Made by a program: the position numbers and the translations under genes. Of a stretch of DNA of 21,689 nucleotides, positions 15,914 to 21,689 are shown piece after piece (position 1 is the first letter of the stretch; each line of letters opens with the position of its first letter). The notes under the pieces are model-generated. The model did not search any database. It saw only the letters and a program-made list of their open reading frames with translations, and had not been told where the DNA came from. This DNA is from a virus (Duplodnaviria; Heunggongvirae; Uroviricota; Caudoviricetes), in IMG/VR virus record IMGVR_UViG_2541047926_000011; one strand, written 5' to 3'.

Positions 15914-16393
15914 ATGAAAGAACCATCATGGATTGTTGAAGGTCGTAAATATATTGGTGAAAAGGAAATTAAAGGGCCAGAGCATAACCCGCTAATTTTA
16001 CAGTTCTGGAAGGATATAAAACGAGGCGGTATTAAGGACGACGAAACGCCGTGGTGTGCGGCTTACGTTGGGGGAGTGCTGGAACGTTCAGGTATCACAT
16101 CAAGCCGCTTTGAATCAGCCGCATCTTATCTTAATTGGGGGGTGAAGCTGGATAAACCTGCATATGGTTGTGTGGTGGTATTCAGCCGTGACGGCGGCGG
16201 TCATGTTGGCTTTGTTGTTGGTCAGCAGGCAAATGGCGATTTGATGGTACTGGGTGGAAATCAGAGTGATGCGGTGAATATCCGTGCGTTTTCTACATCG
16301 CGGGTATCTGGATATCGCTGGCCGAAAGATATTCCTGTCGATGTTCAACCATTGCCGCAGCTATCCGGTACGCGCTCCGTTTCTGAGTCGTGA
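15914..16393 (+). CDS. Putative endolysin, Cys/His peptidoglycan hydrolase (CHAP/NlpC-P60-like), not the P2 K lysozyme type
   Basis: In the lysis cassette between holin and spanins; conserved-looking Cys (PWCAAYV) and His (GGGHVGFV) motifs; AGAGGA Shine-Dalgarno. Confidence 0.65.
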   Translation: MKEPSWIVEGRKYIGEKEIKGPEHNPLILQFWKDIKRGGIKDDETPWCAAYVGGVLERSGITSSRFESAASYLNWGVKLDKPAYGCVVVFSRDGGGHVGFVVGQQANGDLMVLGGNQSDAVNIRAFSTSRVSGYRWPKDIPVDVQPLPQLSGTRSVSES

Positions 16394-16494
16394 TCATGTC
16401 TAACCGTGCTGGCCGTGCGTATCGAGCGCGGTCATTTTTGACAGTGCTCCAGCACGTACGGTAATGACAGTGCGAGCTGGCGAGAGGTTTAGAT

Positions 16495-17025
16495 ATGGGG
16501 TTGTCACGCTGGAAAGTGATCGTTTGTCTTGTGCTGGCCGCTGCTGCTGTATGGGGTTTTAGCCACTGGCGTTACAGCGCCGGTTACGGTGATGCAGATC
16601 AGCACTGGCGTGAAAAGTGGGCGCAACGTGATGCACGCGACGCCACCGCGCTGGCGCAAAGGCAGGCTGAGGCCAGGACAGAAGAACAACGCCGACAAGG
16701 TGAAATTGATGCGATCAGAAAACAAACCAGTCAGCAGCTTGCTGGCGTGCAGGCTGCTGCCGATCGTGCCAGTGCTGTTTCTCGTGGGCTGCACGCCAAA
16801 GCCGACGAACTCGCCAGAAGACTGGCAGACCGTGAACGTGCCTGCGGTGCCGGAACTCCCGGCAGAAGCGAGGCAAAAGCCAGCGGTGCCGCATTGCTTG
16901 CCGACCTGTTTAAGCGGGCTGACGAGCGAGCGGGGGAACTGGCAAGAGAAGCTGATGAAGCAAGAGCCAGAGGATTAGCCTGTGAGGCTGCATATGATGC
17001 GGTTAAGTCCGGGGGGAATAAGTAA
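16495..17025 (+). CDS. lysB: i-spanin (Rz / LysB-like)
   Basis: N-terminal transmembrane segment WKVIVCLVLAAAAVWGF followed by a charged, coiled-coil-like Ala/Arg/Glu-rich periplasmic region. Confidence 0.75.
   Translation: MGLSRWKVIVCLVLAAAAVWGFSHWRYSAGYGDADQHWREKWAQRDARDATALAQRQAEARTEEQRRQGEIDAIRKQTSQQLAGVQAAADRASAVSRGLHAKADELARRLADRERACGAGTPGRSEAKASGAALLADLFKRADERAGELAREADEARARGLACEAAYDAVKSGGNK
16709..16978 (+). CDS. lysC: o-spanin (Rz1 / LysC-like) lipoprotein, nested in the +1 frame of the i-spanin gene
   Basis: Signal peptide with lipobox LVGC, then a Pro-rich mature part; AAGGTG Shine-Dalgarno before the ATG at 16709; lies wholly inside lysB. Confidence 0.65.
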   Translation: MRSENKPVSSLLACRLLPIVPVLFLVGCTPKPTNSPEDWQTVNVPAVPELPAEARQKPAVPHCLPTCLSGLTSERGNWQEKLMKQEPED

Positions 17026-17519
17026 TGCTTAAACCCGATTTACTGCGCCAGATGATAAGCCAGCATGTGCCCTGGCTGCGCGAAAATCCCGATAATCTGG
17101 CGGTTTATCTGCGAAAAGGTCGTATGGTCAGCACCGGCCAGCGTGCTGCTGCGTTTGAGTATCGCTATACGCTGGAAGTGCTGGTGATGGATTACCCTGA
17201 ATCTCTGGATACTATCAGCGTGCCGGTGCTGGCATGGGCGCGCTTATATCAGCCTGATCTGTTGTTTAACCCGGACAGGCAGCAGAACGGCATAACATTC
17301 GAAGCCGATATTCTGAGTAACAGCACGATGGACGTACTGATCCAGATTCAGGCTGATGAAGCGGTGATCGTCACCCGTGAAGATGGCGAGATCGTCACCC
17401 GTCACCGTGCTGACCCTGCACCGGGGCCGGAAATTGGCGCGTGGTCACTGGTATTTGTTGATGAGGTCAGCGGCGAAACATGGCAGGACAACAAACCGAT
17501 CCCCTCTTCCAGCAGTTAG
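17025..17519 (+). CDS. R: Tail completion protein, P2 gpR-like
   Basis: N-terminus MLKPDLLRQ and internal VPVLAW match my recollection of P2 R; 164 aa. Confidence 0.8.
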   Translation: MLKPDLLRQMISQHVPWLRENPDNLAVYLRKGRMVSTGQRAAAFEYRYTLEVLVMDYPESLDTISVPVLAWARLYQPDLLFNPDRQQNGITFEADILSNSTMDVLIQIQADEAVIVTREDGEIVTRHRADPAPGPEIGAWSLVFVDEVSGETWQDNKPIPSSSS

Positions 17520-18124
17520 ACGACTGGTTAGCCAGCGTTGCCGCGCAGCTTTCGCCCGGACACCGTCGCAAGCTGACGCGCGACGTTGCGATCGGGCTGC
17601 GTAAGCGCCAGCAAAAGCGTATCGCCAGCCAGAAGAACCCCAGCGGTGAAAGCTATCAGGCCCGCCGCCGCAAAATTCTGCGCACCCAGGGCGGGATAAA
17701 ATTCGTATGGAATGATGAGGCCAGGGAGTTACGCAACTGGCGAACCACGGGCAGGGGTGAGCACCGCGCAATCACCGGCTATGACGTTGATCGCGGTGCC
17801 CTGCGCACGTTCTATAAGCGCGATATCCAGCGCTATATTGAAATCAATCTCAACCAGTCAAAGCAAAACCGCACCAGAAAGGATCCGATGTTCCGCAAGC
17901 TGCGCACCGCACGCTTTCTTAAGGCTTACGGTACGGGCGGCATGGCAGTGGTTGGCTTTCAGGGGCATACCGCCGAAATTGCCAGCGTTCACCAGTACGG
18001 TGAAGTCGATAACGTGGTGCCGGGTGCCCGTGCACGCTACCCGGTGCGTGAACTCCTGGGCATGACCGAGGGGGATTTAGACTGGCTGGTCGATACTGTT
18101 GTCGCCTTCATGCAAGAGATTTGA
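17480..18124 (+). CDS. S: Tail completion / virion morphogenesis protein, P2 gpS position
   Basis: Position after R and before V; 214 aa, longer than P2 S (150); start uncertain. Confidence 0.65.
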   Translation: MAGQQTDPLFQQLDDWLASVAAQLSPGHRRKLTRDVAIGLRKRQQKRIASQKNPSGESYQARRRKILRTQGGIKFVWNDEARELRNWRTTGRGEHRAITGYDVDRGALRTFYKRDIQRYIEINLNQSKQNRTRKDPMFRKLRTARFLKAYGTGGMAVVGFQGHTAEIASVHQYGEVDNVVPGARARYPVRELLGMTEGDLDWLVDTVVAFMQEI

Positions 18125-18125
18125 T

Positions 18126-18143
18126 TGTCACCAACCCGCCACA
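18126..18143. promoter_or_regulatory. TGT-N12-ACA dyad upstream of V; candidate Ogr-type late promoter element
   Basis: TGTCACCAACCCGCCACA directly after the S stop, in the 157-bp S-V gap. Confidence 0.45.
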
Positions 18144-18281
18144 AGGGCGCCGCGTTGTTTGCGCGCGCGCGACTCCTGATACTGACTGCATAACCCAAAA
18201 GCCGAAACGGTCGTAAAGCCTGCTACCGGGTGGAAACGACGCCGGACAGCGTAACCGGCACCACGGGAAACAGTCAGCACT

Positions 18282-18911
18282 ATGAATTTAAACGAACTCT
18301 ATCGCCTTATCTGCAATCTCGCCCGCATTGGCACCGTGCTGGAAGTGGATACGGAAAAGTATCTTGCACGCGTCGAAACCGGCGAGAACAAAACCGACTG
18401 GATCCGCTGGGCAGTGCCGCGCGCCGGTGAAGCCGTGACGTGGTGGGCGCCGACAGTGGGCGAACAGGTTTATATTTTGTGCCCCTGCGGTGAGCTGGAG
18501 ACGGCATTCATTGCCGGAAGCCTTTACAGCGAAGACGCACCGCCGCCAGATGCTGGCGCTACCACCTGCGTGATCCTGCACCCGGATGGCGCCCGTATTT
18601 CATATGACCCGGAGGCCAGCGCGCTGGTTGTCAGCGGGGTAAAAACGGCAAGCGTCACCGCGTCGGAATCCATTACCGCCACCGTGCCGGTGGTAACGGT
18701 CAAGGCAGATACGCGCGTTACCCTGGACACGCCGGAAGTGGTCTGCACCAACAAGCTGATCACCGCCACGCTGGAAGTGCAAAAGGGCGGGGAAATGAAG
18801 GGCAATATTACCCATTCAGGCGGATCGCTTTCGTCTAATGGTGTCGTTGTCCATTCTCACAAACATAGCGGCGTCCAGTCCGGTGGTAGTAATACAGGTG
18901 GCCCGGTATGA
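18282..18911 (+). CDS. V: Baseplate central spike protein, P2 gpV-like
   Basis: 209 aa (P2 V 211); ...TWWAPTVGEQV...KTASVTASESITATVPVVTVKADTRVTLDTPEVVCTNKLIT... closely resembles P2 V. Confidence 0.85.
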   Translation: MNLNELYRLICNLARIGTVLEVDTEKYLARVETGENKTDWIRWAVPRAGEAVTWWAPTVGEQVYILCPCGELETAFIAGSLYSEDAPPPDAGATTCVILHPDGARISYDPEASALVVSGVKTASVTASESITATVPVVTVKADTRVTLDTPEVVCTNKLITATLEVQKGGEMKGNITHSGGSLSSNGVVVHSHKHSGVQSGGSNTGGPV

Positions 18912-19270
18912 GTACAGTCCGTTACAGCGGCATGAATGCCAGTTCAGGCCATGCCATCACCGACAACGAGCATATAGCGCAGTCTATCGGCGATATTCTG
19001 TTAACGCCGATCGGTTCCCGTGTAATGCGCCGCGCTTACGGTTCGCAGCTTTTCAACCTGATAGATCAGCCGGTCGATAACGCCATAACGAAGCTGCGCG
19101 TTATGTCTGCCATCTACAGCGCCCTGTATTTATGGGAACCGCGGATCTCTCTGACCAGTATCACCCTGAGCGCGCCGGGTGCCGGTCGGCTGGTTGCCAC
19201 TATCCAGGCCAATCGCACCGACAATCAGACGCCATTTAACGCTGATATTACATTGAGGGGCCAGGCATGA
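18908..19270 (+). CDS. W: Baseplate wedge protein, P2 gpW-like
   Basis: 120 aa; overlaps the V stop; conserved position. Confidence 0.85.
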   Translation: MSTVRYSGMNASSGHAITDNEHIAQSIGDILLTPIGSRVMRRAYGSQLFNLIDQPVDNAITKLRVMSAIYSALYLWEPRISLTSITLSAPGAGRLVATIQANRTDNQTPFNADITLRGQA

Positions 19271-20178
19271 GCGGCACGATCGATTTATCGCAGCTACCGC
19301 CGCCCGTGGTGGTTGAACCGCTGGACTTCGAAACGCTTTTCGCGCAGCGCAAGGCGGCATTTATTGCGATGTACCCGGAAGACGAGCAGGAAGAGATCGC
19401 CCGCACGCTTGAGCTTGAATCGGAGCCGATCACCATGCTGCTGGAAGAGAATTGCTATCGCGAATTGCTGTTGCGCCAGCGGGTGAATGAAGCAGCCCGC
19501 GCGGTGATGCTGGCTTATTCCACGGATAGCGATCTGGATAATCTGGCGGTCAATTTCAACGTTGAACGTCTGACCATTCAGGAAGAAGACGACAGCGTTA
19601 CACCGCCAATTGAAGCCGTGATGGAGTCAGACCCAGATTTACGCACGCGTACCCAGCAGGCTTTTGAAGGTCTGAGCGTGGCCGGGCCAACTGCGGCGTA
19701 TGAATTTTGGGGGCGTTCAGCAGACGGGCGCGTAGCTGATATTTCGGCGGTGAGTCCTACGCCTGCCTGCGTCACCATTTCGGTGCTGTCGCGCGAAGGT
19801 GACGGAACGGCCAGCGATGATCTGCTTTCCGTGGTCGCTGCTGCCCTGAACGATGAAGAAGTGCGCCCGGTGGCCGACAGGGTAACGGTGCAGTCTGCGG
19901 AGATCGTGCCGTATCAGATTGATGCAACGCTTTACATCTATCCGGGGCCGGAAGCTGAACCCGTCCGGCAGGCATCGGAACAGCAGTTACAGGCGTATAT
20001 TGCCGCGCAGAATCGCTTAGGGCGCGATATCCGTCTTTCAGCTATCTACGCCGCCCTGCACGTCGAAGGCGTCCAGCGCGTGGAACTGGCGCAGCCTGTT
20101 GCGGATATTGTGCTGAGTGACTACCAGGCATCGCACTGCACCGAATACACCATAACGGTGGGTGGTTACGATGAGTAA
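19267..20178 (+). CDS. J: Baseplate protein, P2 gpJ-like
   Basis: 303 aa (P2 J 302); overlaps the W stop. Confidence 0.85.
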   Translation: MSGTIDLSQLPPPVVVEPLDFETLFAQRKAAFIAMYPEDEQEEIARTLELESEPITMLLEENCYRELLLRQRVNEAARAVMLAYSTDSDLDNLAVNFNVERLTIQEEDDSVTPPIEAVMESDPDLRTRTQQAFEGLSVAGPTAAYEFWGRSADGRVADISAVSPTPACVTISVLSREGDGTASDDLLSVVAAALNDEEVRPVADRVTVQSAEIVPYQIDATLYIYPGPEAEPVRQASEQQLQAYIAAQNRLGRDIRLSAIYAALHVEGVQRVELAQPVADIVLSDYQASHCTEYTITVGGYDE

Positions 20179-20785
20179 TGACCTGTTACCACCCAGCGCC
20201 AGCCGAATGGAGCGCGTCGCCGCGCGCGTCTGTGCGTCGTTGGGTGAAGTGCCCGTGCCGCTGCGCCAGTTGTGGAACCCGTGGACGTGTCGGGCTGATC
20301 TGTTGCCCTATCTGGCGTGGGCCTTCTCCGTTGATCGCTGGGATGAGGCCTGGCCGATAAACACAAAACGAAAGGCGGTGGCCGATGCGTTTTACCTGCA
20401 TAAGCACAAGGGTACAACGGGCGCCATGCGCCGGGTTGTGGAGCCGTTCGGCTTCTTCATCCGGGTTAACGAGTGGTGGAACATCGACACCGCACCGGGC
20501 ACCTTCACGCTGGATATTGGCGTGGAAGACCAGGGCATTAGTGAAGAAACCTATCAGGAACTTGAACGCCTGATCGCCGATGTGAAGCCGTGCAGCCGTC
20601 ATATGCTGGGAATGTCTCTTCACCTGCAAACAACCGGCGATCTGTATATCGGCGCGGGCAGTTATTCCGGCGATACGCTAACCGTGTACCCGTATTTTCC
20701 TGAAACCATAGCCGTGGGCGGTGATGATTACACCGGGGCGGCAATCCATTTAATTGACACCGTGGAGATCGCAAGTGGCGACTAA
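20171..20785 (+). CDS. I: Baseplate / tail fibre attachment protein, P2 gpI-like
   Basis: Start set at ATG 20171 (MSNDLLPPSAS...) with GGTGG upstream; ...LPYLAWAFSVDRWD... and ...GAGSYSGDTLTVYPY... resemble P2 I. Confidence 0.8.
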   Translation: MSNDLLPPSASRMERVAARVCASLGEVPVPLRQLWNPWTCRADLLPYLAWAFSVDRWDEAWPINTKRKAVADAFYLHKHKGTTGAMRRVVEPFGFFIRVNEWWNIDTAPGTFTLDIGVEDQGISEETYQELERLIADVKPCSRHMLGMSLHLQTTGDLYIGAGSYSGDTLTVYPYFPETIAVGGDDYTGAAIHLIDTVEIASGD

Positions 20786-21689
20786 ATATTATGCCGTGCT
20801 AACCAATGTGGGCGCGGCGAAACTGGCAAATGCCACGGCATTGGGTGCGCAGGTTGAAATCACCCAGATGGCTGTAGGCGATGGTAACGGCGTGTTGCCG
20901 ACGCCGAACCCGGCACAAACGGCGCTGGTTCATGAGCTGCGCCGCAAGCCGCTTAATAGTCTGAGCATTGACCCGAATAACGCCAACCAGATTATTGCCG
21001 AGCAGGTGATACCTGAAGACGAGGGCGGGTGGTGGATCCGTGAAATCGGTTTATTCGATAAAGACGGCGATATGATTGCCGTAGCCAACTGTGCGGAAAC
21101 GTATAAGCCGCAGTTACAGGAGGGAAGCGGGCGCGTACAGGTTGTACGCATGATCCTGATTGTCAGCAGCACCGCTGCCGTAACGCTGAAAATTGACCCT
21201 TCGGTAGTTCTGGCAACCCGACAGTATGTTGATGATCAGATCATCCAGGTGAAAAGCTATGTTGATCAGAAAATGGCAGCGCATGTAGCTGCGGCTGATC
21301 CGCATAAACAATACGCACCAAAAGAAAGTCCCGCTCTTACTGGCAGGCCGACTGCGCCAACGGCGGAAGGCAAAGATAGTTCTACTCAAATTGCAAATAC
21401 AGCTTTCGTTCAGGCTGCTATTGCTGCTTTGGTTGGCTCTTCGCCTGAAGCGCTGGATACGCTGAATGAACTTGCTGCGGCTTTGGGTAATGATCCTAAC
21501 TTTGCTACCACCGTAACAAATTCACTCGCTGGAAAGATGGATAAATCGGCAAATGGTTCAGACATAGAAAACGTTTCTGTTTTTCTACAAAACCTTGATT
21601 TGGGAGAAGGTTCAGCATTACCCGTTGGTGTGCCTGTTCCGTGGCCTTCCGCTACTCCGCCAACAGGCTGGCTGAAATGCAACGGTGCG
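20775..21689 (+). CDS. H: Tail fibre protein, P2 gpH-like, 5' part only (runs off the window end)
   Basis: Open frame from GTG 20775 to the window end; ...GAAKLANATALG...MAVGDGNG... and ...IANTAFVQAAIAALVGSSPEALDTLNELAAALGNDPNFATT... match conserved N-terminal P2 H regions. Confidence 0.8.
   Translation, partial: MATKYYAVLTNVGAAKLANATALGAQVEITQMAVGDGNGVLPTPNPAQTALVHELRRKPLNSLSIDPNNANQIIAEQVIPEDEGGWWIREIGLFDKDGDMIAVANCAETYKPQLQEGSGRVQVVRMILIVSSTAAVTLKIDPSVVLATRQYVDDQIIQVKSYVDQKMAAHVAAADPHKQYAPKESPALTGRPTAPTAEGKDSSTQIANTAFVQAAIAALVGSSPEALDTLNELAAALGNDPNFATTVTNSLAGKMDKSANGSDIENVSVFLQNLDLGEGSALPVGVPVPWPSATPPTGWLKCNGA

Noticed and set aside
1-21689. Search for CRISPR arrays, tRNA or rRNA genes and insertion-sequence ends
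   Set aside because: No regularly spaced repeat arrays, no cloverleaf-compatible tRNA-like segments and no terminal inverted repeats flanking a transposase-like ORF were seen; the window is fully accounted for by prophage genes and intergenic control regions.

Overview
This window reads as a P2-like (Peduovirus-type) temperate myovirus prophage in an enterobacterial-type genome, laid out in prophage order. All product calls rest on reading the supplied translations against recalled P2 proteins and motifs; no database search or computation was run. Left to right: tyrosine integrase and C-type repressor (minus strand), cox, a run of small early genes that includes a TerB-like protein with a small membrane partner and a Dam methyltransferase, then replication initiator A. 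Next comes a single AT-rich 370-aa gene on the minus strand, sitting between gene A and the cos site, where P2 carries old/tin and where P2-like phages are known to hold anti-phage cargo. This gene is the best candidate for a novel system here. After cos come portal Q and large terminase P (minus strand), then O, N, M, L, X, holin, endolysin, nested Rz/Rz1 spanins, R, S, V, W, J, I and the 5' part of tail fibre H. No rRNA, tRNA or CRISPR array was seen. The att sites and ogr fall outside the window.
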